A DNA stretch of 64,000 nucleotides from an uncultured Phycisphaerales bacterium (GTDB lineage Bacteria > Planctomycetota > Phycisphaerae > Tepidisphaerales > Tepidisphaeraceae), in the NCBI GenBank assembly GCA_963758525.1, contig CAVWVQ010000003.1, positions 4,032,001-4,096,000 on the forward strand. The letters run 5' to 3'. The translations under genes and the position numbers were made by a program. A model generated the notes under the pieces. The model did not search any database. It saw nothing but the letters and a program-made list of their open reading frames with translations, and was not told the DNA's origin. Shown in pieces: positions 29,777 to 40,990 of the stretch. How positions within the stretch are numbered: the stretch's first letter is position 1; the number at the start of each line of letters is the position of its first letter.

Positions 29777-29893
29777 CCCCTCTCCCGGTACCCCGGGAGA
29801 GGGCGGGGGTGAGGGTGATTTCGAACGTCAGACGCCGCTGGTCCTCGAAATCACCCTCACCCCAACCCTCTCCCGGAGTACCGGGAGAGGGAG
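29777..29893. repeat. CCCTCTCCC-type palindromic element, full copy
   Basis: cccctctcccggtaccccgggagagggcgggggtgagggtgatttcga ... tcgaaatcaccctcaccccaaccctctcccggagtaccgggagaggg. Confidence 0.88.
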
Positions 29894-29906
29894 TAATGAA
29901 ACGGAC

Positions 29907-30013
29907 GGTTAGCCGCGACGCGCAGCGGAGCGCGTATTTGTGGGAATCGTGCGAGGGTAACATCGCGTCTTCAGTCGTTCGAATACGCGCTCCGCTGCGC
30001 GTCGCGGCTAACC
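29907..30013. repeat. GTTAG-type REP doublet with perfect 32-bp inverted repeat
   Basis: ggttagccgcgacgcgcagcggagcgcgtatt ... aatacgcgctccgctgcgcgtcgcggctaacc. Confidence 0.9.
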
Positions 30014-30059
30014 CAACCGCAAATGAGCGTTGTGACGAGTCCGGACGCAAAGGAATCCC

Positions 30060-30474
30060 ATGGGCTGGAAAGAAGATCTCAACTACGGCCTGGCGGCTTT
30101 CGGCGTGCAGATTCCCGCAGCGCTCCCGTTGACGGATTTGCCCGCAAAGCTGCTGGCCGCTCCCGCGCAACACCGCCGGTCTGGTGGCCGCCAGCGCGGT
30201 GCTCTTTTACGCGGCAGAACGGGACCACAACCCCAAGGTGAACGACATCTGGGACGCGTTTGTCTATTGCTCGACGTGCCTCAGCGTCGGCTACGGCGAC
30301 ATCTTCGCAAAAACCCCCGTCGGCAAGATCCTCGGCAGCGCCTTGATGACGATCGGCCCGGCGCTCTCCGGCGCCGCGCTCGACAGCGCGGGCGCTCAAG
30401 GTCACGACGCGCTGCAGGCCGAAATTCTCGCGACCCTCAGGGCGATCCTGGCGGAGTTGCAGGTTGCACGTTGA
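30060..30474 (+). CDS. Small two-TM potassium channel protein, frameshift near 30170
   Basis: LFYAAERDHNPKVNDIWDAFVYCSTCLSVGYGD..AKTPVGK gives the pore helix and GYGD filter. The N-terminus MGWKEDL is in another frame. Confidence 0.75.
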
Positions 30475-30959
30475 CTGCGTGAACGGTTGATTTGTGCCGC
30501 GAGTCGTTCCATCAAACTCTCCGACTAGAGACCGCTCGCAACTGATCACCCGGCGCGATCAACTCATGCATCAACATCTCCATGCTGGGGGATGCGAATT
30601 TTGGATTTGTCATCGAACTTACCTTGCCTGGCCCGAATCCTGCGAAATTCTCGCCTTCAGCGCATCCGCGCTGGACATGGAAAGCGTTTGTCCGCCGAGA
30701 AGGATCGCCGCTCCCGGTCTGTTGTCGTAGATCGGCTGCCGCAATTGGGAAATGCAGGCGTCAAGGGCAGACCCGGACGGAAAGCCCGCTCCCCACGGAT
30801 GCCGTCGAAAAATCAGGCGCACCCGCGCGCGATGGATGTCAATTAATTGGCATAACCGAGGGCACTTCGGTAGAGTCTTTGCGGCCACGTATTCGAGGTA
30901 CGAGGGAAGCGTAACGTCACCTTCCACAGCAGACTCACAACTCAGGGATTTTACAGCAA

Positions 30960-33900
30960 ATGCTGAAATACATTGCCTGCGCAATCGATTTCGCTGCCAC
31001 TGTCGTTCGAGCCAATCGCAACACGCGCCACACGCCGCGGTCTTCCGGCAGAGCATGGGCGCGAATTGAGGGGCTGGAATCACGGCTCTTGCTGTCGACA
31101 GACGAGCCCACCGCTTCGATCAATACTCCGACCACCTGGGCGGCGGCCGGTTCTCCTTACAACCTGACGGGAACGGTGACCATCGCCGCAGGCGGGAGTC
31201 TGACGATTCAGTCAGGCGTCATGGTCACGCATTCCAACATAATTGGGGCCGAGTTGGATGTGGCCTCGGGCGGCACGCTTTCGGCCAATACGGTCGACTT
31301 TGAGGCCCCGGTGGTTGCTAAAGACGGCTCGCTCGGCTCTGTCGCCAATAGCACGTTCGGCGAGTCTCCCGAATTTGATCTGACGTCCCTGACAATCACC
31401 AGCGATGTGTTCAATGCGAACCCCACCGTCGATCCGACGTATGTTCCCAACCTCGGAGCCGGCGGCAATACGTTCGCCAGCGGGACGGTGGTCAATGTGA
31501 ATGGTCAGAGTGTGAACGTCCCGGTCAGTTGGCCGCTGATCACGAACGTGACGAGTTATAACGTGACGGGAAACGTGAACGTTGTTTCCGGCGGCGCGCT
31601 GACGATCGCGAACGGGGTGATGGTCACGCATTCCAACGTCATCGGGGCGGGATTGACGATCGCGACCGGCGGCATGCTGACGGCCGATACCGTGGATTTC
31701 GAGTGCAGCGTAACCGCTCATGATGGATCGCTTGGATCCGTGGACAACAGCACGTTTGGCGTGAGCAGCGAATTTGACGCTACGTCCATTACGCTCAGCA
31801 ACGATGTGTTTAACGCGAATCCGACCGTCGATCCGACGTTTGTGCCGACTCTCGCGGCAAACGGAAATACGTTCGTGTCCGGCACGGTCGTCAATGTAAA
31901 TGCCCAGAGCGTCAATACGTCGATCACCTGGCCGCTGATTATGAACGTCGCCAGTTACAATCTCGGCGGGACAGTGAACATTGTGGCCGGAGGATCGCTG
32001 ACGATCGGCAATAACGTCACTCTTACCCACTCCAACGTCATCGGATCTAAATTGGAGGTCTCGACGGGCGGCTCGGTGTCTGCCGTCGAGGTCAACTTCA
32101 ATTGCGTCGTGGACCTTGGTCCGGGCAGCACCGGTCTCCTTGAATACGATACGTTCGTGTTGGCAAATGGTCTGCTGATTGACGGCACGAGCACGGTGAC
32201 CATTCACAACGACGATTTCAGCAACGCGACCGCCACCGTCTCATCTCAGGGAACGGGCGGCCCGATCAATCTGGAGATGAATTGGTGGGGCGTGACAACA
32301 GATCAACTGATTGCCGCGAAGATCACTGATTTTTCGGATAATCCCATGCTGCCCGTGATCGACCACAGCTTATGGCTGACCGCCGCACCGGTCTTCACGG
32401 GAGTGATCGTCGAGACCCAGCCCACGAATCAGACCGTCCCAGCCGGACAAATGGCGAGCTTCACCGCCGCCGCTATCGGCAGTCCAACGCCGACCGTGCA
32501 GTGGCAGGTCAGTACTGACGGCACGACTTATACGAACATTACCGGAGCCACGTCGGCTACCTACACATTCACCGCCGCGATGAGCCAGACCGGCGATCTG
32601 TTCCGTGCGGTCTTCACCAACTCGCAAGGCACGGGCACGACCAATCCCGCGACCTTGACGGTGACCGCCGCCGGGACGGCGCCTGTCATTACCGTGCAGC
32701 CGGTCGCCCAGAGCGTGGGCGTTGGTCAGAGCGTGAGCTTCGTCGCCGCAGGCACCGGGAGCCCGTTCCCCACCGTGCAATGGCAGGTGAGTGCTGATGC
32801 GGGCCTCACCTACACCAATGTCGCGGGAGCTACATCGCGGACCTACACGTTCGCGCCGACAATAGATCAAAGCGGGGATCTGTTCCGGGCGGTCTTTACC
32901 AACACCCTGAGTACCGCGACGACCACGCCGGCGCTGCTCACCGTCAGCTCGGCAACGGCGCCGGTGGTCACCCTTCAACCCGTCAACCAGAGCGCGATCA
33001 ACGGCCAGGATGTGAGCTTCACTGCGACGGCCACCGGCATTCCGACGCCGACAGTCCAGTGGCAGGTCAGCACCGACGGGCTGAGCTATTCAAACATCCC
33101 CGGGCAGGTGTCGTCCACCTACGCTTTCATTGCCACCACCGCGCAGAGTGGCGATCAGTACCGCGCTGTGTTCTCCAATTCGCAGGGATCGGCCACCAGT
33201 TCGCCCGCAGCGCTGACGGTCACCTCGGCGACAACGAGCATCACTATTACCAGGCAGCCTGGAGCGCAAAACGCACAGATCGGTCAGGCAGTCAGCTTCA
33301 CCGCGGCGGCCACCGGCACTCCAACGCCCTCCGTGCAATGGCAGGTCAGCACCGACGGCACGACCTATCAAAACATCCCAGGCGCGACGTCGCTCAATTA
33401 CACGTTTGTGGCGGCACAGGGCGAGAACGGCAATCACTATCGCGCCTTCTTTACCAACTCCGCCGGGTCGGTGGCGACAAGTCCGGCCCTGCTCTCAGTT
33501 GCGGCTCCGGCTGCTCCGCCGACAGTCACCATCACGGCGCCCAACATTACCTCCGCCGGAGGCAACGCGCAGACGGTTACGGTCGTCTACAGCGGAACTT
33601 CCGCATCGATCAATACCTCCACCATCGCGGGTTCCAATATCACCGTCACCGGACCTACCGGGCAGGTTCTGGTCGCGTCGGTATTCAATGTGTATGTGTC
33701 CGGCACTTCCGCGACCGTGACCTATGTCATCACTCCGCCTAACGGGGTGTGGCAGGCCTCCGACGATGGCAGCTATTCAGTCGTCGTGAAGCCTGGCGTC
33801 GTGAAGGATGTGAACGGCCTGGCCGCCACCGGCTCCGGCACTTCGTTCACGGTAAATGCCAACACCGAACTCGTCGTGACGGTAACATCATCCGACAATG

Positions 33901-34881
33901 CAACGATCGCTGGCCAGCCCGCGACCTTCATTGCAACGCTCACCGGCGCGCGGGGGAACAACCCCGACCGGCACGGTGACGTTCCTGAGCGACGGGGTGG
34001 ACATCGGCACGGTCTCTGTCAGCGCCGATGGAACCGCAACCCTCGTCACTACCCTCGCTGGCATCAGCGCGCATGCGGTGACCGCCACTTACAGCGGCGA
34101 CGCGACGCATCCGGCTGCCTCATCTGGGTTCCCGCTGCGGCAGACCGTCGCGCCGACGCTCGCCGCGGTTGTCCCGCAACTGACCGGCGTTATCCCCGCG
34201 ATCGTCACCGCGGGACAGAAGACCACCATCAGGCAGACCATCAGTATTTCCAACACCACCGAGTCGAAGTTCAGCGGACGACTGACCGTTAAGATCTTTT
34301 TGTCAGCGGGAACGAACATCGACGCCGGTTCCGTGCAGTTAAGCGCAACGGAGCGAACCATCAGACTGAGCAAGACTGGCGCCACTTCGGTGCACGTGAC
34401 ACTGCTGGGCCTTCCGCCCACGGTGCCGGCGGGAACGTATCATCTGGTCAGCCTGCTCGAGGACTCCAGCGGCCGGACCAGCGCCGAGGCTGCCAGCAGC
34501 GCGTTCGTGGTCGCCGCGCCCAGCGCCGATCTGGCCGCAACATCGCTCGCCGCGCCCGCCAGCATACTCGTCGGCAAGAAAGTCGGGGCGACGCTCGTCG
34601 TGAAAAACGATGGAACCATTCCGGCGATCGGCCCTCTGCTGATTGTTTTGTATTCCTCCCTGACCGGCGTCATCGATCAGAATGCCGTCGAGCTCAAGAG
34701 CGTCACCCGCCGGATCAATCTCCGGCCGCGGCAGTCCGTGCGGATCCCCCTGAGGAAGATTCTGACTGCCCAGATCAAAGGGAAGTTTTATCTCGTTGCG
34801 AACATCGATCCGGCCAACGTATTCAATGATGTTGCGCTGGCGAACAACACGATCGCGAGCAATGCGATCGTGGTGAGTTAG
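30960..34881 (+). CDS. Large surface protein: LESRLLLS motif, tandem ~120-aa beta-rich repeats, four Ig-like repeats, Big_3-like and CARDB-like domains; frameshift near 33955
   Basis: Four repeats of QP..Q....GQ..SF.A.A.G.P.P.VQWQVS.DG. It continues in ORF 33898-34881 (PTGTVTFLSDG..IGT, TATYSGD). Confidence 0.85.
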
Positions 34882-34922
34882 CGGGACACTTGAGGTCGGC
34901 ACTCAAATTGACCCTAACTTCG

Positions 34923-35066
34923 TTAAGGGGAAGTGTTCAATCCGACGGCCAAAGCGAGCGATCGCTGGCGTTTGTCGAATTGCAAGAGCCACGTTTTGGC
35001 GGTCGCAGTGTGTTGATCGGCGAGGTAACAGGACACCAGAAAACTGCTGTCAGCATAGTGCTTCAT
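34923..35066 (-). pseudogene. Internally deleted VapC/PIN toxin
   Basis: MKHYADSSFLVSCYLADQHTATAKTWLLQ is fused to FDKRQRSLALAVGLNTSP*. Only the PIN first strand/helix and the terminal FDxRQ motif remain (47 aa). Confidence 0.7.
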
Positions 35067-35291
35067 CAAAACGCGGCTTCCTCGCGCTCAGCGAGGACCA
35101 AGTTGGGCATTACCGCCCCCCCCGGAATTGCGAATGGCTCGCGCTTCCACATCAGGCCAGATTACCCGCTTCGCGCACGCTTGCGAATGAAGAACTGGAC
35201 GTTTGCTCATCGCGATCAGCCTTTCCAGAAACTTTCGCCTCTCGCGGGCTGATAGTGCCTTGACGTGTTTCAGCAATTTCGAGGCGCTCAT
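35066..35291 (-). CDS. Putative antitoxin (VapB-like), frameshift in a G homopolymer
   Basis: MSASKLLKHVKALSARERRKFL...WPD, and after the frameshift VMPNLVLAEREEAAF*. The TGATG overlaps the toxin start. Confidence 0.6.
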
Positions 35292-35428
35292 GAATCGATT
35301 TTATTCAAGCGTGTTCGCAGTGGCAAGGTACGGCTTCGGTCCGCCTCGTGACCCAAATGTCCCGCTCCGAAATGAGTTTGCGTGCCGCCTCTACCCATAT
35401 CACCGGCGGGGTCCTAACATGACCCATC

Positions 35429-35902
35429 GTGGCAGCCAAGGACAAAGCCAATCTCTCACCGCGCATCACCAATCGGCGGGCGCTGCACGAGTATTTCATT
35501 GCCGCCAAGATTGAATGCGGCATCATGCTCGTCGGCAGCGAAGTGAAATCGCTTCGGCTCGGCCGGGCGCAGCTCAACGAAGCGTTCGCGCACGTCGAGC
35601 ATGGCGAACTGATTCTGCACGGCTGCCACATCGATCCGTACGACAAAGCCTCGTTGGTGAACAATCACGAGCCATTGCGCGATCGCAAGCTGCTGGCACA
35701 CAAGCGCGAGATCAAAAAGCTCCTCGATGAATCCGCCGAGCGCGGCGTCACGCTGGTGCCGCTGAGCATCTACTTCAAGGACGGGCGTGCGAAGCTGGAG
35801 CTTGGCGTGGGGCGTGGCAAACAGAGTCACGACAAGCGCGCGTCGATCAAAAAGAAGGAGATGGATCGTGAAGTGCGCCGGGCGATGACGCAGCGGCAAT
35901 GA
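35429..35902 (+). CDS. smpB: SsrA-binding protein
   Basis: NRRALHEYFI, GIMLVGSEVKSLR, NHEPLRDRKLL and GRGKQSHDKR. Confidence 0.97.
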   Translation: MAAKDKANLSPRITNRRALHEYFIAAKIECGIMLVGSEVKSLRLGRAQLNEAFAHVEHGELILHGCHIDPYDKASLVNNHEPLRDRKLLAHKREIKKLLDESAERGVTLVPLSIYFKDGRAKLELGVGRGKQSHDKRASIKKKEMDREVRRAMTQRQ

Positions 35903-36325
35903 TCACACCGCCGCGCTGTCGCCCTGCACGCGGCGCACGGCTTCGAGCACCTTGTCGCGAAACTTCCGCACTTTTCCCGGGCGAAACACTCCGCTGATGT
36001 CGGTGACGGTTCCGCGGCGGGTCATCCGGATCGTCGTCTTTCCGCAATAAGCGAACCACAGAATCAGCAGCAGGCCCAAACCGGCCAGCACGTCGCCGAG
36101 AATCTTCAATTCGTCGCTGAAGATCATCAGCAGAATTCCCGGCAGCAAAATCACCAGCGCGATGGAAATCAGGTGCAGCCAGGCGACCTTCTGCCAGATG
36201 ATCAGGCTCTCCATGCTGGAGAACATGATCCGTTTCATGCGGTCGTCGCCGTAAGTGTGCTCGAGCTTCACTACCGCGTCGTCCATGACGACGAAGCTGG
36301 ATCTGCTTCGCAGGTCTACCGCCAT
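35903..36325 (-). CDS. Hypothetical membrane protein (2 TM)
   Basis: MAVDLRS..., with two hydrophobic helices. It overlaps the upstream gene. Confidence 0.7.
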   Translation of the reverse strand: MAVDLRSRSSFVVMDDAVVKLEHTYGDDRMKRIMFSSMESLIIWQKVAWLHLISIALVILLPGILLMIFSDELKILGDVLAGLGLLLILWFAYCGKTTIRMTRRGTVTDISGVFRPGKVRKFRDKVLEAVRRVQGDSAAV

Positions 36326-36942
36326 GGGCACCCCTTCCCGAGCAGGGCGAATACGATCGCCACCACCATGACAATCCATCCGATGCCGGCCAGGGCAAGC
36401 ACGATGGGCTGGATGATGAGCGTGCTGGTTGCCATGACCCGTTTGAAAAGGGGATTCTCACGGCGCATCTGCCGGGCTCGCCGGTGGAGGATGAAGCCGT
36501 GCGGAATCCAGAGAAAACCGAGCGCGATCATGACAATATTGATGTAGGGAACGACTATGGCCATCGCCAGGTAGATGTTGATTCTGCGGTCGGGCCTGGG
36601 GAGCGTCTGGGCGAAGGCGGCGTTGAGATTCTTCTTGCCGCCCGAGTCGATATATTGGGCGCTGTAGGTTTGTCCCTCGACCTCAATTGCACAAAGCGAA
36701 CAGATGTAATCGCCGGTTCCCGCGCAAACGGTAGTGGCCTTCTTGCTGGGGTGATGCATGCAGGTGGCCTCGTCCGGCAGCGCCGACTCGGCGGCATTGA
36801 TCTGCACTGCCAACGGGGAAAAGCGGTACACCTCTCCCTTCCATCGGCACGTGGGACAAACCGATGGACCCTGTTCCGGGCTCGACAAGGGGGTCGCGCA
36901 CCCGGGGCAGGCGAATTCCGTGACGGTGGCAACCTGCGTCAT
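36316..36942 (-). CDS. Membrane protein with Zn ribbon and B-box-like motif
   Basis: CPGC..CPTC and CMHH.......CAGT....CSLC, with C-terminal TM helices. Confidence 0.75.
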   Translation of the reverse strand: MTQVATVTEFACPGCATPLSSPEQGPSVCPTCRWKGEVYRFSPLAVQINAAESALPDEATCMHHPSKKATTVCAGTGDYICSLCAIEVEGQTYSAQYIDSGGKKNLNAAFAQTLPRPDRRINIYLAMAIVVPYINIVMIALGFLWIPHGFILHRRARQMRRENPLFKRVMATSTLIIQPIVLALAGIGWIVMVVAIVFALLGKGCPWR

Positions 36943-36949
36943 CGCGAAT

Positions 36950-37589
36950 TCAGCTCCTGTCGATTACGCGGGTTCCGGCGATGTGGTCATGCAGCGCACG
37001 CTGCCGCTTCGAGTCGAACAGCGCCGCAAGGGTGTTCGCCAGCGCATAGAGCCCGACCACTCCGTTGGCGATTCCAATCAGCGGCACCGAGCCGGCAATG
37101 GTCGCCAGGGCCGTCAAGGTCGCCAGGCCCAATGTATGCCACGGCTCGCACGTAGGCTGTTTTGGTCGAGATCGCGCTCCCGTCCAGATTGACCACCTTC
37201 AGCTTCCCGGCCTTTTTTCCGACGGTCTGGCCACCGCTGGCATGCATCTGCCCGAAGTAGACGATCTCAACGCATACCGCCAACAAGGAGATCGCGCCGC
37301 CGATCTGCATCGAGCCTGAGGTGCCTGCGACGATCCCCGTGAGGATCGCCAGCGGAAGGACTACAATTAACCCGTCCAAAAAGATGCATCCGAACCTTCG
37401 GAGCACCGTCGGCCGCTTGAACTCTCCGGGGAGGCCCTCACCGGCCTGCAATCGTTCCAGGAGAATCGCCTTCCCTTCGGCACAAACGCGCTGGCCTTGA
37501 AACGTCACCAACTCATCCTCGGGAACCATCTTCCCCGTAACTGAACATGGTGCCAATTGTGGCAGCGGATCAGCATCCTGCAGCGTCAT
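36950..37589 (-). CDS. RDD family protein, frameshift near 37125
   Basis: LRRFGCIFLDGLI and GQTVGK...LKVV, then in the next frame RALHDHIAGTRVI. Confidence 0.85.
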
Positions 37590-37692
37590 GAAGTGTCTCC
37601 AAATCCCGAGCCTGGACGTGGGCAGTGCGCCCCCGCGACTCTTGGGCGCGTAGCGTATCAAAACCTTCACGCCATTGTCCAGAAAAACACGT

Positions 37693-38469
37693 TTATATCG
37701 TGAACCTGGCTTCCTGAAGCACCAGCGCGACGTTCACGACCGTCTGCTCGTCGGAGAGATGTCCAAAATCCTCCGGCAGCGCCAGGCGCGATCGAAAGTG
37801 AGCCGCGGCGCCGGAGAACAGTTCCTCCCGCACGCCCGGGTCCAACTGGTCGCGCCGCAAGACCATGTCCATAATCAAATCCCGCTCCTCGCGGGTGACG
37901 CGGGTCAGGACGCGATTCCGCAGCGCGGCGTCCGCGTTGAAGGAGTTCACGCGGGATTTTTCATTCGCGAGCGCCACGGGGAGCGCTTTGCGATAATCGC
38001 GAATGACGATGGTATCCGCGGCCAGGTCCCCGAGCCGGCGGCCCCATTTGTCGATTGCGGCGATGGTTGCGCCGGTCAGCATGGCAAACGGAAGCATGTC
38101 AACCGGCCTGAGAAGATTGCGGATCAGCAGATCGATCGGCCGGAGCTGACTTCCACGCGCGGAGATCACCCGCAGCCCGAACACCCGCTTGCCCGGTGTC
38201 TGGCCGCTCCCGCGGAGCTCGAAAAACGTGAAGTAGGAGAAATCGATCGCAAAGACTCCCAGAATGATCAAGGCAATCCCAGTTTCGCCCGCCGGCGCGA
38301 GGGCGAAGACCAGGGCGGCGTCGATCGCCCAGATGATCGACTCGTCGATCAGCCAGGCAAGGTATCGCGAAGCCATCCCGGCGGTGGCGTAGTGGAAGGA
38401 GACCTGCTCGGGCGTTGTGATGCGAAATCTCGGCACGATTGCGACCTTCCGCGAGGACGGGCTTCCCAT
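37693..38469 (-). CDS. RDD family protein
   Basis: ITTPEQV, SRYLAWLID, GQTPGKR..GLRVI and RRLGDLAADTIV. Confidence 0.9.
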   Translation of the reverse strand: MGSPSSRKVAIVPRFRITTPEQVSFHYATAGMASRYLAWLIDESIIWAIDAALVFALAPAGETGIALIILGVFAIDFSYFTFFELRGSGQTPGKRVFGLRVISARGSQLRPIDLLIRNLLRPVDMLPFAMLTGATIAAIDKWGRRLGDLAADTIVIRDYRKALPVALANEKSRVNSFNADAALRNRVLTRVTREERDLIMDMVLRRDQLDPGVREELFSGAAAHFRSRLALPEDFGHLSDEQTVVNVALVLQEARFTI

Positions 38470-38649
38470 GGTCTTTTGGCGGCCGCCCCCGCCGGCGGCC
38501 ATGCGTTGGCGCGCTCGCACGCGCGGGCACGGCACTTCATTCACTACTTCCCTGCGCAGTAGAGTATCGGTGGCGTCGGTCGGGTCAACGCCGCCTAGCC
38601 GGCTCGACGCGTGATTGCGTGTCCGGGCGGCGGCAGAGAGAATTTTCCC

Positions 38650-39690
38650 ATGGACCTCAACAGCTTCCTGCGCGATCGACGCCCGCGGTGGCAGCGGCTC
38701 GCCGCGCTCCTTGACCGCATTGACGCGAAGGGTTTTACGGCACTGACGCCGCACGAGGCGGACGAATGCTTTTCACTCTACCGGCTCACCAGCAGCGACC
38801 TGAATCTGGTTCAGACGCGCACCGCCACGCCAAGCCTCGTGGACTTCCTTGAAGCGCTGGTGGCCCGCGCTTACGCGCAGTTGATGCTCCCACGCCGAAT
38901 CAACCTGCTGGGAAATTACTGGCTGATACTTCGCCATTACTTCCCCGCCGCGATTCGCGTTGAGTGGAAGATGCTGGCGCTCAGCGCCGCAACGCTCCTG
39001 GCGGGTCTTTTGTGCGGACTGGCGGCGACGCTGGCGCGGCCGGCCCTGGCGGAAGTGTTTCTGCCGCCGGAACACCTCGACCAATCGCCGCGCGAGCGCG
39101 TAGCCATGCTCGAAGAGATGGAGCGGCAGGGCCACACGCGCATCAATTCCGCCGACAAGCACGCGGTATTCACCGTGTTTCTCTTTAACAACAACATACG
39201 GGTTTCAGTGCTGGCGTTCGGGCTGGGATTCACCTTCGGCATCGGAACGGCGGTGGTCGTCTTCTACAACGGCGCGATGCTCGGCAGCCTGGCGGCGCTC
39301 TATTTTCTCGATGGGGTCGGCAAGTTCTTCGTCGCCTGGGTCGGACCCCACGGCGTCATCGAACTTCCCTGCGTGGTCATCGCCAGCACCGCTGGATTCA
39401 TGCTGGCGCAGCGGCAACTGCGACGCGACCAGGGAACCGCCGTCTCCCGAATCCGCGCAATTCGTCCCCGCCTGGTCGATCTGATCGTCGGCTCGGCAAC
39501 GCTGCTGGTGATCGCGGGCTGCATCGAAGGGGGCTTCAGCCAGATCAATGAGCCGACCATCTCCTACACCTTCAAGATCGCGGTGGCCGTGATTCTGTTT
39601 GCTCTGCTTGTCGCATATTTGTTCTTTCTGCCGGCAAGGCCGCGCCCGCAGCCGGCTCCGGAGGGTGAAGAAGCAGCGTTCCTCAAATGA
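38650..39690 (+). CDS. Stage II sporulation protein M-like membrane protein
   Basis: F...RRPRWQRL, LYR..SSDL, FNNNIRV, FYNG.MLG, PHGVIEL and AG.IEG. Confidence 0.9.
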   Translation: MDLNSFLRDRRPRWQRLAALLDRIDAKGFTALTPHEADECFSLYRLTSSDLNLVQTRTATPSLVDFLEALVARAYAQLMLPRRINLLGNYWLILRHYFPAAIRVEWKMLALSAATLLAGLLCGLAATLARPALAEVFLPPEHLDQSPRERVAMLEEMERQGHTRINSADKHAVFTVFLFNNNIRVSVLAFGLGFTFGIGTAVVVFYNGAMLGSLAALYFLDGVGKFFVAWVGPHGVIELPCVVIASTAGFMLAQRQLRRDQGTAVSRIRAIRPRLVDLIVGSATLLVIAGCIEGGFSQINEPTISYTFKIAVAVILFALLVAYLFFLPARPRPQPAPEGEEAAFLK

Positions 39691-40990
39691 GCTGCCGGGA
39701 CTTGATGGACAGATACGTATTGAGCAGCTTGACAGTGATCGAGCCCGCATCGGCCTCGATGACCGACGCTCCGATGCGATGCAGTTGTCGCACGCGCGTT
39801 GCGCGCTCGCTGGCGAGTTGCCTTGCAGCGAGCACCTTGTATACATCCAGCGCGTTGGCCGCGGCTCCGCCGGCGAATTGGTCCAGCAGCGGATCGCGCA
39901 GGCTGATGACTGCCAGCACGTGTTTGCGTGCCGCCATTGGGAGCACCTGCGCGAGGTTTTCCGCCAGTTGCGGATCGTTGAGATCGGTGAAGACAAAAAT
40001 CAGGCTGCGACGCGTCTGATGTGCGCGGAGTGCGGCAATCAGCGAGGAATAGGACGGGAACAAGCTGTCGGTCCGCGCATCCACCAGTTCCTCGATGATC
40101 CGGTTCACCGCCACGATTCCAGCTCCAGGCTTGATGAAGCGGCGTACTGAATCCGAGAACAGCGCCATGCCGACGCGGTCTCCCTGGCGGCTGGCCACAT
40201 GGGCGAGCATGATCGAGGCGTCAATCGCGGAGTCGAGCGCCGTTCCCGTTCCCATCGGATTGCCCATCATCCGGCCGCAATCAAGGCAGAGCATGACATC
40301 GCGGCTGCGCTCGGCCTGATAGAGGTTGGTGAACGGTTTGCGGTGCCGGGCGGTCGCCTTCCAGTTCAGATCGCGGAAGTCGTCATCGGGAAAATATTCG
40401 CGCAGCCGATCGAATTCCCGTCCGGCGCCCAGCATCCGCTGCTGATGCAACCCGGCGTGGCTCGACGCATGATGCCGCTGCAGCGCGTCGTAATCTGTCA
40501 GCCCCTTGAGGCTCGGGAAGACTTTGATTTCGCCGCCGCTGGTGGTCCAGCGGCGGCACGCCCAGTCCGTGGAAAGACGAATGTCCACCTGCAGCGGCGG
40601 CACTTGGGCCACGCCCCGCGCGGTCGGGGTTGCAGTGAGCGCGGCCCGCACGATCTCGCCCGGCGAGAGCCGGATTTCCAGGAAGTTCTGCTCGCAGACC
40701 ATTCCCGCCGGCCAGGGTTGCCGGATGCGCACGATCACCTGTTTCGAGGAACGATTGGTAAGGCGATAGCTGAATGCCTCGCTGCGGCCGACCTGCACGC
40801 GCTTCCACGGTTCGCGTTCGACGCTCACCGCAAGGCTTTTGAGCCGTCGTCCCTGCAGCCAGCAAACCCCCAGAAGCGCCGCGTCCGCTGCGAGCACGGC
40901 TGGCAACACGACCGGCACGACGATCGCCGCGATCAAGACCAGCGCCAGCGCCGCAGCACATAACAACGCCATGCGGCCCGGCACGATCAA
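39683..40990 (-). CDS. DUF58 (vWA-like) protein
   Basis: GREFDRLREY..DDDFR.LNWKATAR, LDCGRMM, GDRVG and FTDL. Confidence 0.9.
   Translation of the reverse strand: MIVPGRMALLCAAALALVLIAAIVVPVVLPAVLAADAALLGVCWLQGRRLKSLAVSVEREPWKRVQVGRSEAFSYRLTNRSSKQVIVRIRQPWPAGMVCEQNFLEIRLSPGEIVRAALTATPTARGVAQVPPLQVDIRLSTDWACRRWTTSGGEIKVFPSLKGLTDYDALQRHHASSHAGLHQQRMLGAGREFDRLREYFPDDDFRDLNWKATARHRKPFTNLYQAERSRDVMLCLDCGRMMGNPMGTGTALDSAIDASIMLAHVASRQGDRVGMALFSDSVRRFIKPGAGIVAVNRIIEELVDARTDSLFPSYSSLIAALRAHQTRRSLIFVFTDLNDPQLAENLAQVLPMAARKHVLAVISLRDPLLDQFAGGAAANALDVYKVLAARQLASERATRVRQLHRIGASVIEADAGSITVKLLNTYLSIKSRQLI

Noticed and set aside
35292..35428. tmRNA (ssrA) near smpB
   Set aside because: No tRNA-like ends or tag reading frame were seen, and the gap is too short.
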